Notes: a model not told the origin generated them from the letters alone. A DNA stretch of 64,000 nt from Cyanobacteria bacterium auto_48_18 (GCA_036170915.1 JAVHQC010000035.1:264234-328233), one strand, 5' to 3'. Positions 28,782 to 38,603 are shown, numbered from the stretch's first letter. Numbers and translations are program-made.

Positions 28782-29738
28782 ATGAAAACCATGACAGGCG
28801 CCGGGAAAAGTCAGCTAAACAGCAAAAGCAGTTTCTGCTTGACCAACCTTCTAAGCGCCTTTTTGTTTGCTGCAGTGATTGCCCTCACTTCATCAGTCAG
28901 TGCTCAAGCCCAGTTTGGTGGCGCTCAACCACCACCCGTAGGTGACGGCAGCACTCCTGCCCCGGTCACCCCTGGCGATACTTCTGGTGGTGCCGCCGCT
29001 CCGTCGAACAGCGCTGATGCAGGCCCCGGCACAAACAATGCCATCGGCACAGGCCGCGACCGCACTGTGGTTCGCATATTCAAGCAATCGGCAGGTCGTG
29101 GCGCACGCATGGTGCAAACTTTGCGCCCTGATACTCTTTCTGATGAAGCTAGAGCCAGAATCGACGGCATTCTCGGTATCAACATGTTGTCCGGCGAACA
29201 AGCCATCGACATCACCGCTACCGATGCCCAGATTGAACAAATTCAAGAAGCGCTGGCAGCTTATCCACAGACCAGTAACAATGCCGGCCGCAAGACTATT
29301 ACTGGTGACAATCCAGCTGCTGGTTATCCAAGGCCAGGCCGCAACAGCATTTATCGCTTCGATAATCAGTTGCCTACAGTGGCCACCTTCTCTCGTTATT
29401 TAGTTATTTTAGGCGTAGTCTCGGCCACAGTATTTATGGCTCTAGCAGCCTATTCTGTGGTGATGGGTAACCCTTATGGTGGTGCCAGGGTAATTGGCGC
29501 AGCATCTGGTTTGCTCTTCTTAATGGCCGCTTACACAATCTGGAAAATTGTCACCATGAATACTTTCGGTGCCAATTCACCAGACACTGCTAGAGCTCAA
29601 AATCGAACTCAGCAAGGTCTTGTACAAGACGCCTTCATGACCAGGCCGCTCACGCCGGTGACACCTAACGGTGGTGTCAATGGTGGTGCTGCCAGAGGCG
29701 GAGTGCCGGTGCAACCATTCGGCAACGCAGGCAACTAG
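28782..29738 (+). CDS. Exported protein with C-terminal two-TM TrbC/VirB2 pilin-like segment
   Basis: Signal peptide ending AQA; YLVILGVVSATVFMALAAYSVVMG...ARVIGAASGLLFLMAAYTIW hydrophobic hairpin. Confidence 0.55.
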   Translation: MKTMTGAGKSQLNSKSSFCLTNLLSAFLFAAVIALTSSVSAQAQFGGAQPPPVGDGSTPAPVTPGDTSGGAAAPSNSADAGPGTNNAIGTGRDRTVVRIFKQSAGRGARMVQTLRPDTLSDEARARIDGILGINMLSGEQAIDITATDAQIEQIQEALAAYPQTSNNAGRKTITGDNPAAGYPRPGRNSIYRFDNQLPTVATFSRYLVILGVVSATVFMALAAYSVVMGNPYGGARVIGAASGLLFLMAAYTIWKIVTMNTFGANSPDTARAQNRTQQGLVQDAFMTRPLTPVTPNGGVNGGAARGGVPVQPFGNAGN

Positions 29739-29774
29739 TTTTAGATCGAATCATTTAAAAGGACCCGGAAGAAA

Positions 29775-30482
29775 GTGAAAAGAGTGGACACCACAAAACT
29801 GTTGAAGAGATTGAATATCTCTCTGATAGTGGCCGCCCTAGCCGGCGTGCAAGTGGCAAGCGCTCAACCTAAAAATGAATTTTTCGGCGGCAATTCCAGC
29901 ACTCCTGCACAAAAAGGTTATTCCAATTTTCAGGGTCCTGCGCCAAAAGGTCCGGCCAACGGTGTCACCGCCAAAGGTGCCGGAGCGATGGATTCTGACG
30001 CGAGCCCAGAGCTAACCTGGTTTGAAAAATTCGATGGCATTAGTTATCACGGCCGACCTACCGACTCTGAAAGAATCATTTTGAACATGCCCTTTAACCA
30101 GGAGGCAGAGCGTGTACAAAGATGGACAGCAGCTGCAAGTGCTGTTGCTAAAAGATATCGCGAAACTTCGAAAGCGCTGAAGACTCTACACGCACCTCGC
30201 GGAAGAGCTGATTTGGATGATCTCTGTTATGCACGAATTAACTGGTTTAACGATGCAGCTTTAGTTTACGAGGAGATGATTCGGCCAAGAAATCCTGCTC
30301 AAACCATTGAAGAATTGAACGACCAGTTAAGACAGGTGAAAGACCAAGCTGGTGCACTAAAAAATCAAAATGTGACAATCTTGGCCTCTGACCGAAAATT
30401 GAGGCGATTTTATCGAGTTCATGCACCAAAAGAAACCGACGCCCTTACCGGATACATCAACGGCCAATACAAAAAGAATTAG
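29775..30482 (+). CDS. Hypothetical exported alpha-helical protein
   Basis: Signal peptide ending ASA; co-oriented, 36 bp after the previous gene. Confidence 0.7.
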   Translation: MKRVDTTKLLKRLNISLIVAALAGVQVASAQPKNEFFGGNSSTPAQKGYSNFQGPAPKGPANGVTAKGAGAMDSDASPELTWFEKFDGISYHGRPTDSERIILNMPFNQEAERVQRWTAAASAVAKRYRETSKALKTLHAPRGRADLDDLCYARINWFNDAALVYEEMIRPRNPAQTIEELNDQLRQVKDQAGALKNQNVTILASDRKLRRFYRVHAPKETDALTGYINGQYKKN

Positions 30483-30565
30483 ATCACAGTTACGCAGCTA
30501 GCTACCCCACGTCCAAGCACCGCAGACCACAGCAAACCACCCCAAAACATCCGAGGACCTCTTAA

Positions 30566-31327
30566 ATGGCTATTCAGTTAAATGACAGAGACCATCTTAT
30601 TTTCAAACTAATTGATGAGCATGAGGTCTTACTTGAGAAACATATTTCGTGGTTTATTGCTGGTGAAGAAAAACCAGTCTTGATTAGAGATCGGCTGCGC
30701 AAGCTCTTCTATCTTGATTATTTGCTTTGTCATCGTCATGGCAGCAAATTGCCATGGTGGACAACTCCCACCAAGCCACTGGTTTACATGCTCTCTCCTT
30801 TAACGAGAACCATCGCTGGTGCTCCTGAAGCAGACGACACCATGCTCGATAATGAGTTCCAACGGCACCACCTCGAGGTCGCCAATCTGCGCATGCTTTA
30901 CCTGGTTGCACAAAAAGACGGCCAAATAAGTGCATTTCAGTGGACAACTTGTAAGCAAGCCAAAAACGCTGAAACAGGACTTGACGCCAAAGTCGAATTT
31001 CGCAATGGCACATCGACAACCAAAGTCGGTCTGGTCAACAATCTCGCCCTTGACCAAGCAAGTATCACCAAACTGACTCAATCTCTCGCCACTGAAGAAA
31101 TCGATTCATTGCTGCTTATCTCTCGTGATGACCTGGCGCAAAAAGCATTGCAACAACTGGTTGCTCAAGCTGGCGGAGAACTGGCCAAACGGGCATTGTT
31201 CTCGACTCACCAGGAGTTATATAGAGACGGCATTGTCGCTACCCGCTGGCAATCAGTAGCCGGCGCTGCAACGCTTAAGCCAGAAGTTGCATATATAGGA
31301 ACGATGGCTCAGCCGATTGCCGTATAG
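30566..31327 (+). CDS. Replication-relaxation (Replic_Relax)-like protein, probably degenerate
   Basis: N-terminal LNDRDHLIFKLIDEH...RDRLRKL..LDYL wHTH pattern, VYMLS and HHLEVANL motifs; GAGGA RBS. Confidence 0.55.
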   Translation: MAIQLNDRDHLIFKLIDEHEVLLEKHISWFIAGEEKPVLIRDRLRKLFYLDYLLCHRHGSKLPWWTTPTKPLVYMLSPLTRTIAGAPEADDTMLDNEFQRHHLEVANLRMLYLVAQKDGQISAFQWTTCKQAKNAETGLDAKVEFRNGTSTTKVGLVNNLALDQASITKLTQSLATEEIDSLLLISRDDLAQKALQQLVAQAGGELAKRALFSTHQELYRDGIVATRWQSVAGAATLKPEVAYIGTMAQPIAV

Positions 31328-31412
31328 CCTATTTATAGATGGCCTGAGATTTAATCTAACGCCAAGAACATTAAGCAGGGCTCATTTAAACTGAACAACA
31401 AAAGCTGTGGGA

Positions 31413-31476
31413 GAAGGCTAGCATGGGGATGCTGGCCTTCGTGCTTAGGCCTTAGCCTGGCGGCTTCCAGGCTGAG
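31413..31476. other. Two adjacent strong hairpins in the intergenic region upstream of a TadG-like gene
   Basis: GAAGGCTAGCAT-GGGG-ATGCTGGCCTTC and CTTAGCCTGG-CGGCTT-CCAGGCTGAG, each with one G-U pair; no U-tract. Confidence 0.5.
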
Positions 31477-31569
31477 TGCTTATTGACAGCAGAGATGGGG
31501 AATACTAGGATTAGATTATTAGTAGCATTTAAGCAAAGCAATAGTTTTGTGCAGGCTGGGGGTTGAAGC

Positions 31570-33633
31570 ATGACTAAAAATCAGAGAAATCTGATCAAAC
31601 GCAGGCAACGAGGCAATATGCTCGTCTTTGCCACTGCCATAACGGTCTTTCTTGTGGCCGTTCTAGCCTTCTTCAGTCTCGGTTATGTGAGACTGCTGGG
31701 CAGCAATAGCGAACAACGAAACGCGATTGAAGCGGCGTCGCTAGCAGCTGCTCGAGATTTGAGCATGATCGCAGTAGATACCGATGAGTATGGTTGGGTC
31801 TCAGTATCCGACGCGGCACCAACAGGCTCGGTAACCACAGCCAATGATGCGTACAACGTGCCAGTCAGAGGCATTAACAGCATCATCGGTACAATTCGCC
31901 TCGACTTAATTATTGCCAATGAGCTGGCCGATGCCAATCTCAAACAAATTATCAAAGCTGATTTAGTCAAGGCTAAAGCAGCCCAAGCCAAATTAGCTAC
32001 TGAACTGAAAAAAGCAATTGTGCCAGGCTATATAGCCAAAGACATTAACAATCAAAATATCAACGTATACAAAGATGCGGAAGATGCTTATACCGCTAAT
32101 CAAATTCGCATGACCGGCTCGTCTAACTATGTCAAAAATTCCCTCAAGCTGTCTCTGGGCAGTATCGCCAATGGTGGTGGCGTCACCAACACTCCGCTGC
32201 CCCGCCCCATTTCCAAAGCCAGCGTTCCAAGCGGCGGATCGCAGAATAATTTTTACCGCTCATACTTCAATCAGACTTTCGACGGAGAAGATTTTGTCTT
32301 CGCCGGCATTGGTGATGCCATCAAACTGATTGATGTAAAAAACTGGACCCCCTCTGTAGCCTCACTGCCATATCAGATGCAGACTGTTGTTAAAGCTGAG
32401 GCCGACCAACAAATGAATAATGGTCAAAGTGGACAGACTTATACCATTCATGCCATCGCATGCGCCCAGCCTGCCAACGTGGCTGATCCAAAACCAGCAC
32501 CTGGTGCACTAAGCTTCAGCTTCCCAGACGGCATACCACCTGAAATTACAAAGCCCATAGATATGTTTACCGATGCTCAACTGAACAGTGGTAATAACTG
32601 CAATGTGCAAACTTCCAAAAATGGTGACTATCCAATTGGCAAACCCACCACACAAATCGTCGATATTACCTGGCCATATCCTTCTCTAGCTGAGAGCACT
32701 GGTAATGTCTTCCGTCTAGCCCTGTTCGACTGGTGGAAAAGAGCCGGGACTAAACTGAACATTGATTCGGCAGTAACGATGATGACCGACCCCAAATACA
32801 ATTTCAACACTCCGGTGCCGGACAAAATCGATTGGAAAACTCCTGCCAAACTCGGCGACAAAACCATCTACAACTTGGGTCCTATCCCCAACGGCAACAT
32901 CCATATTTATCGAATTGATCCTGCCAGTGGTCAAATCAGCTATCAAGACAAATCACTAGCTCCAGTGCAATATAGTGTGGCCGGCAACCAACAACTGTAT
33001 TCAGAGAATATTGACGCTATCACAAAAAGCAAAGTTGGTACTCAGACTGTAGGACCATTCGAGTTTCCTAATACCGGCTATCTCGTTGATACGGTTTATT
33101 TGAAGCCAGTCTATGACGTTTATATACGTGACCAGGTACATCAACCTGGCAAAGCGCTGGGAGGTGACCACGCCGGAGAGCCGATGGATTATCCGCTAGT
33201 TTCGCAAGCCACCACCGGCAGAGATCTAGGTGGTGCCGGATTTGGTGCAGCTAAGCCACCACCCATTGACCAAAGGGCCAAGGGTTTGCCTCCAGCAATC
33301 ACTAACCAGTCAGACTTCGCTGAAACCGCTGGTTTCCCTATGAATTCGAGCTTTTACAATAACTACTCAGCTGGCCCTGGTGTGAAAAATATGCGGCCTA
33401 CTTATCAGAAAAACGGTATGGCTGTTGATGTTCGCTTTAGAAGGCAGGTTGATACAGGCACGTTCAAAGATAGTCTCGGTTTTAGCATAGGCTATGTAGG
33501 CGAAAAATATCCGCCTGGCACACCGGCGATGACTGGCATTCCGTATGTGCCACCACCCCCACCTACACCACCTGTTCCAGATCCGGCAGCGCCAGCTGAT
33601 CCAGCAGCGCCACCGGCAACACCGACACCATAA
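31570..33633 (+). CDS. Large TadG-like (Tad pilus) protein
   Basis: RRQRG followed by a hydrophobic helix, then EQRNAIEAASLAAARDL (Tad 'LQ-A-DAAALAA' pattern); Pro-rich C-terminus. Confidence 0.7.
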   Translation: MTKNQRNLIKRRQRGNMLVFATAITVFLVAVLAFFSLGYVRLLGSNSEQRNAIEAASLAAARDLSMIAVDTDEYGWVSVSDAAPTGSVTTANDAYNVPVRGINSIIGTIRLDLIIANELADANLKQIIKADLVKAKAAQAKLATELKKAIVPGYIAKDINNQNINVYKDAEDAYTANQIRMTGSSNYVKNSLKLSLGSIANGGGVTNTPLPRPISKASVPSGGSQNNFYRSYFNQTFDGEDFVFAGIGDAIKLIDVKNWTPSVASLPYQMQTVVKAEADQQMNNGQSGQTYTIHAIACAQPANVADPKPAPGALSFSFPDGIPPEITKPIDMFTDAQLNSGNNCNVQTSKNGDYPIGKPTTQIVDITWPYPSLAESTGNVFRLALFDWWKRAGTKLNIDSAVTMMTDPKYNFNTPVPDKIDWKTPAKLGDKTIYNLGPIPNGNIHIYRIDPASGQISYQDKSLAPVQYSVAGNQQLYSENIDAITKSKVGTQTVGPFEFPNTGYLVDTVYLKPVYDVYIRDQVHQPGKALGGDHAGEPMDYPLVSQATTGRDLGGAGFGAAKPPPIDQRAKGLPPAITNQSDFAETAGFPMNSSFYNNYSAGPGVKNMRPTYQKNGMAVDVRFRRQVDTGTFKDSLGFSIGYVGEKYPPGTPAMTGIPYVPPPPPTPPVPDPAAPADPAAPPATPTP

Positions 33634-33644
33634 CAAGTTCGCCT

Positions 33645-34193
33645 CTAGGGCATTGAAGAGCCACCAGTCTTATTGACGGGTGGCTTTTCTAATTCTCCAC
33701 TTAAGTCTTTCTGTACTTCCTGTACTTTTTGTACTTCCTTTACTTCTTGCTCCACAGTTGGTCCGGTCAAGGCTTTGACAGTTTGAATGCGCAGCATGCG
33801 TGAGCCGCCGAGATCACCAACCCATCCAGTCACTGTTACTTTTTCGCCCACGTAAGGCAACAATAATTCCTGGCAACCTTTAAACCCTCTGTACTTTGCC
33901 GCGATAAATAAAATATTGGTGCCATCTTCCAAAATACCGACACTGACACCACCATGAATGCAATTGAGTGCGCACGCCCTATGACCAGGTCCGCGGCCCG
34001 GGCCCATGGTTTGCGAAGCATAACACCAGGCGTCCACCACTTCACCAGTAATGGTGACAGGCTTAATTGTAGCCACCGTTTTAGTCGGCCGATAATGGGG
34101 GCGTTTCCATAAATAAACTAATCCTGATGCCAGAATTACAATCACAAGCAGTGAGAGAATTATTCTCAAATTTCTATCAGAAATTTTCGTCAT
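33645..34193 (-). CDS. Membrane-anchored hypothetical protein with Cys/His cluster
   Basis: N-terminal TM; GEVVDAWCY...HRACALNCIHGG motif. Confidence 0.65.
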   Translation of the reverse strand: MTKISDRNLRIILSLLVIVILASGLVYLWKRPHYRPTKTVATIKPVTITGEVVDAWCYASQTMGPGRGPGHRACALNCIHGGVSVGILEDGTNILFIAAKYRGFKGCQELLLPYVGEKVTVTGWVGDLGGSRMLRIQTVKALTGPTVEQEVKEVQKVQEVQKDLSGELEKPPVNKTGGSSMP

Positions 34194-34207
34194 TTAACTC
34201 CCGCACT

Positions 34208-35371
34208 TTATTTAGACTTAGCAGCCATTTTCTTTTCCAAGTCTTTGAGACTGTTAGCAATCTCTCGATCTTTTTTCTCTACATCTAAGGCGCTGGCTCG
34301 TTTATACGCTGCAAGCGCACCTTTGAAATCTTTGCGATGGCGCTCGAGATCTTGGCCAAGTCGCATATGGCCTCGCGCAAACTTTTCATTCAACCTTAAG
34401 CCATCCTGATATTGCTTGATGGCCTGCTCACGCATTTCTTTGCGGTCATAAACGTCACCAAGAGCAAAATGCAATCTTGCTTTGATATCCTTTCCACTGA
34501 GGCGATTTTCAGCAGCAGCAATAATGGGGCCAGCGTCAGGGGGGAGCTGGCCAAGCAAATTAGTGCTGCGAATTTTAGCCGATTCCATTTCTTTACCCGC
34601 ACCATTGGCAAGCAGGCAGAGAGCCACTTCCAGTGCTTTAGCTTTTTTGCCTCTGGCTGCCAGTGTGGTGGCATACAATTTATTGCTGGGAAAATTCGCG
34701 GGATCGCTGACAAAGTTTTTGTCTAATTCAACTAAGGCTTCATCAACTCTCTTAAGGGCCAGTAGCACTTTTGCTTTCTCGTAAATACTAAGTACATTGG
34801 GTTTGCTCAATTTTTCAAAGCGCTGAATTTCCAACAAGGCCTGATCTGGTTTTTGCATAGCTGCAAGAACGTCGGCCATGGCCAGACAAATTTGGGCGTC
34901 ACCAGGTTTAGCCGCTCTTGCTCGTTGATACATATTGAGCGCCGCTGACAGCTTATTTTGATTATGCAAAACATAACCGGCCGTAAGCAGCATGCCGTAG
35001 TCGTTAGGAAAAAGCCTCAGACCATCAGTAGCCGCTTTTTCGGCTTTTGGATAGTCACTGGAGCGCAGAGCTAATTGAGCTAGTCTTTTGTAGCCGTCAG
35101 GTCGACTGGAGGGAAATGACACTGCCTTTTTGTATTCTTCTTGGGCCTCGCTATAAAATCCGCGTGACTCATACAAACGCCCGGCCGCGTAATGAGCCTC
35201 ATAACTCTTGGGTTGTTTTTTTAAAAGCTCGGCTACTTGAGTCTCAGTAGGAATATCAGGTTTCCCACTGCTGGTAGCAGCAGGGCCAGCCAGGGCAGCC
35301 GGCCATGAAGAATTTAAACAGACAGCCAAACAAAAAACTGCTTGTCGCCAGATATTTTTTTGATTGAACAT
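34208..35371 (-). CDS. Exported TPR protein
   Basis: Signal peptide ending ALA; TPR repeats (AHYAAGRLY, LHFALGDVY). Confidence 0.85.
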   Translation of the reverse strand: MFNQKNIWRQAVFCLAVCLNSSWPAALAGPAATSSGKPDIPTETQVAELLKKQPKSYEAHYAAGRLYESRGFYSEAQEEYKKAVSFPSSRPDGYKRLAQLALRSSDYPKAEKAATDGLRLFPNDYGMLLTAGYVLHNQNKLSAALNMYQRARAAKPGDAQICLAMADVLAAMQKPDQALLEIQRFEKLSKPNVLSIYEKAKVLLALKRVDEALVELDKNFVSDPANFPSNKLYATTLAARGKKAKALEVALCLLANGAGKEMESAKIRSTNLLGQLPPDAGPIIAAAENRLSGKDIKARLHFALGDVYDRKEMREQAIKQYQDGLRLNEKFARGHMRLGQDLERHRKDFKGALAAYKRASALDVEKKDREIANSLKDLEKKMAAKSK

Positions 35372-35377
35372 GGTGCC

Positions 35378-35956
35378 CTAACGGTCAGTATAGGAAATAG
35401 TTACAGACGTGCGGTCTTTAGCCGAAATCGGCGCAATGACATTGATTGAACAACTGACACCATTTCTGGTGGCAGAAATTGACGACACGGTTCGACCGGC
35501 CACACTACTCATTTCTTTAACGGTCCAACCAGCGCTTTCCAAACTGCGTTTGTACCAGTCAAGCACGGTAGCCGCCGGGTTTACTGTAGTCAGGCGCAGC
35601 ATGGTCATGCTTTTGGTGCTGATATATTGACTCTGATAACCAGCAACAAATTTTGCATCAGGCGGCAATGGTATCGGCACAGTGTTAGGCCATGTAGTCA
35701 AAGGACGATGAACGCTCTCAACCGGTGCAGGTCTGCGCGCGCGTGCTGCCGGCTGACCCGCAGCCTGAGGCTGCGCATACTGCTGCCGCACTTGCTGCTG
35801 GGCTTGTGCTGGTGAATTGCACGTAACTGTACCTATAGCCGCTATAGCCGCTATGGCAACCGCAAGCATTGAACAAGTAAGTAAACAACATGACAGCCGT
35901 ATTTTGAATCTCTCAATCAGACGTGTCTGACCAGAAGAATACATATCAGTCATCAA
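35378..35956 (-). CDS. Hypothetical exported protein
   Basis: Hydrophobic signal ending AQA; WP-x2-VP-x-PP and VLDWYKRSLESAGW pattern. Confidence 0.65.
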   Translation of the reverse strand: MMTDMYSSGQTRLIERFKIRLSCCLLTCSMLAVAIAAIAAIGTVTCNSPAQAQQQVRQQYAQPQAAGQPAARARRPAPVESVHRPLTTWPNTVPIPLPPDAKFVAGYQSQYISTKSMTMLRLTTVNPAATVLDWYKRSLESAGWTVKEMSSVAGRTVSSISATRNGVSCSINVIAPISAKDRTSVTISYTDR

Positions 35957-36001
35957 TTGTTCCTTTCGGTTCCGTTCAGTTCAGTAGCAGTATTCGCTGG
36001 T

Positions 36002-38278
36002 TTAGCAGGGCCCGGTGGAGTCGCAAGTAGTTGTAGGAGGGCAAGCGCATCCAGGTGGCATGGTTAGAGTATCACCACCACTGCTGTAATTGATAGCGAA
36101 GGCACCAGAACCTGTTGATCCCTCAGGGCAGCAGCTCGTGCTGATAGCACCAAGGTTGATTTGACCAAGCAAATTGTTCCAGCCGCTGGCAGGTGTGAAA
36201 GAGAACCAGTTCATCAAACAAATTTTGCCCGGATAATCATAAGGCTGAGGATAGCCCCAATCTCCGGCAACGTTGATTTGAGTGAAAGGCATAAGCTCAA
36301 ATTGCCTGGTTTCGGTTGGTGAACTTGGGCTCTTAGCATCAGGCAATTGCCCGATGAAGTCACTTAACCAAGGCGAATCAGCTAATGCAGCAGATTCTGA
36401 TTTGAGCACAAGGCCGCCTTTGCCGCCATTGGCATTTGCGCTCATGTAAATATAGCCGCGACCTCCCATAGGCACCATATTCTGACTGAGAATATAATCA
36501 AGAGGACGATTTTCACTGGCGTAGATGCCAGTGTTGGCGTATTTTAGCCACTCCGGATCAATCTGATACATGCGCTGGGTCAAATAATTCCACATTGGAC
36601 CGTTCAGACTGATACCTTCTGTACTTTTGCTATCAAGGCGAACACCTTGATCGGTAGTGATGCGGAAATCAGGAGCACTGAGCACGGGACGAGTTTGTGG
36701 CACACGAGCGATACCAGACTGGTAAGTACCAGGGTGGAAATCATAACCTTCAGCCCGCTGAGTGAGCAATTGCAAGTTGACAATGTCTGCTACGTTGACA
36801 CTGGCACCGTTGCTGCCTGTAGGAGTAGGAGGCTGAATATTGTAGGCCGCTTCCAGAACAGGACGGGCCCACAAACTGCGGTTGTCAGACGAGTTGTACG
36901 CGTTCATATCTTTATTGATTTTGGCACTTGGAGTATTGAGCGCAATATTGTCTACGCCACTACCACCGATACCACCAATGTTATTGCAATTTGCTTGCGA
37001 AACTCCGCCCAGGCCAAGGCTGTCACCAGCAAGTGCATAGCCAACGCTAAGACCTGAACAATTTGGTGTTTTACCATCTTTGATATCTTGCACAATCTTG
37101 TTGAGGTAATCTTGGCCGTTGGCGGCACCACCTGGTAGCGGCGAATCATTCATACCAACGAAATATGGCAGCGGCTTGCCGTTGATGTCGGAAGGGTAGG
37201 CCTGCGGATTGTTCATGGTGTAGACAAAAACATCAGCACTGTTATTGCCGGCTACACCTGTTGTAGGCGACGCAGCACCATTTTGAATGCGGATGAAGCC
37301 GTGCGGCAAAGCTGCAGCGAAACCGACTGGATCAATGGGTTCAACCAGAGCATATGCATTGAAGCCGCCGTTATATCCTTGTGTCGATTTAGCCTGGGCC
37401 CTCAATGAAAGGGCATTGGGCACTGGCTTTGTCCAGCTAAAGGCATTGGCGCCGACTGAGGCTTTGTCATTTTGATCAAAAGCCAATTGAGGCACCAGGT
37501 GCGGTTTGGCACCAGGCTTGAGAGGAACAAAATAAGTATTGGCAAAATTGGCCGCAGGAGCCATACCTTCAAGGTAACCCTTCAAATAATTGTGAGGTGT
37601 ACCGCTCGAGTCAAGATGGGAGTTTACAGGTAAAACCCAGCCACTGACCTTGTCGTTGTAGATTTTGGAACTTTTAGTGGTGAAGTTATAGTCTGGCATC
37701 GCTGAAGCAGAAATGTAGACGTTGGAAGGCTGAGTGCGGTCCATATAAGAGAATGTCGGCGCACCTAAAGGAGCAATGTCTTCGCTGCCGAATTGTTTAG
37801 TCGGATTGAGTTTGGCTATGGAGCTGAAGAAGACCTGCACTGACGATGGCTTGGCCAGCTCATCACTAAGCGATTTACCTAGTTGCTGAGACACTGTCGT
37901 AATTTGGGCGGCGTGAGAGTTGGCACCTTGATCAAGACCATCAGCAGCAATCTTGTGAGCATTGAAATTGATGATCAGAGCCTGCGCCATCACCCTGTTG
38001 ATGTTGCGCAAGTTGATGACACCATGCGCGCCCATTGTGTGATCACTGACACCGTTAAATTGAACTTGATCGCCAGTGTTGGCCAGTGGCACTGCCACTT
38101 TTACCAGTACAGAGCGGGCGAGAGAAAGGTTACCGGCATCGGTAGCACGCTGCATCTGCTGGCCACCACCAAGCAAGTTAATCAGCGCAATTGCCGCCAC
38201 GATAATGACAGTTAGAGCCAGTATAAAAGCTGTTATCAGCACCAATGATGCTGCACGCTGCTTTCTCTTCCGTTCCAT
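36002..38278 (-). CDS. Large TadG-like protein with Cys-rich C-terminus
   Basis: RKQRAA + hydrophobic helix + QMQRATDAGNLSLA; AGGT RBS-like sequence upstream. Confidence 0.7.
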   Translation of the reverse strand: MERKRKQRAASLVLITAFILALTVIIVAAIALINLLGGGQQMQRATDAGNLSLARSVLVKVAVPLANTGDQVQFNGVSDHTMGAHGVINLRNINRVMAQALIINFNAHKIAADGLDQGANSHAAQITTVSQQLGKSLSDELAKPSSVQVFFSSIAKLNPTKQFGSEDIAPLGAPTFSYMDRTQPSNVYISASAMPDYNFTTKSSKIYNDKVSGWVLPVNSHLDSSGTPHNYLKGYLEGMAPAANFANTYFVPLKPGAKPHLVPQLAFDQNDKASVGANAFSWTKPVPNALSLRAQAKSTQGYNGGFNAYALVEPIDPVGFAAALPHGFIRIQNGAASPTTGVAGNNSADVFVYTMNNPQAYPSDINGKPLPYFVGMNDSPLPGGAANGQDYLNKIVQDIKDGKTPNCSGLSVGYALAGDSLGLGGVSQANCNNIGGIGGSGVDNIALNTPSAKINKDMNAYNSSDNRSLWARPVLEAAYNIQPPTPTGSNGASVNVADIVNLQLLTQRAEGYDFHPGTYQSGIARVPQTRPVLSAPDFRITTDQGVRLDSKSTEGISLNGPMWNYLTQRMYQIDPEWLKYANTGIYASENRPLDYILSQNMVPMGGRGYIYMSANANGGKGGLVLKSESAALADSPWLSDFIGQLPDAKSPSSPTETRQFELMPFTQINVAGDWGYPQPYDYPGKICLMNWFSFTPASGWNNLLGQINLGAISTSCCPEGSTGSGAFAINYSSGGDTLTMPPGCACPPTTTCDSTGPC

Positions 38279-38603
38279 CTTAAGGACCTCGCCTTTGGTT
38301 TAACCGTAAGCACCACTTATATGGATGCAAGTTAGTAATTCTTCCCAAGCCGTAACAGCCTGAGTTTATACTGTTTGTTCAACACTCAAACGGCACAGAG
38401 AAGCTGAAGAGCGCGTTTGGCCTGATTATTATAGCAGTTTAATAATCTTTGACAAGAAAAATTTGCTTCATCTAGCCAGTTTTATGGTAAGAGCCCCACG
38501 TAAGACGGGCAACTATAGGCGATCGAGACAATAAAACGTTGCACGGTAGCCAGATAGGGGCATAATCTATCGTAGTAAGTTTAGTGACGGATTAGATCGA
38601 CTT

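Noticed and set aside
33705..33750. 9-bp tandem repeats (TGTACTTCC-like)
   Set aside because: Encode EVKEVQKVQEVQK within a CDS
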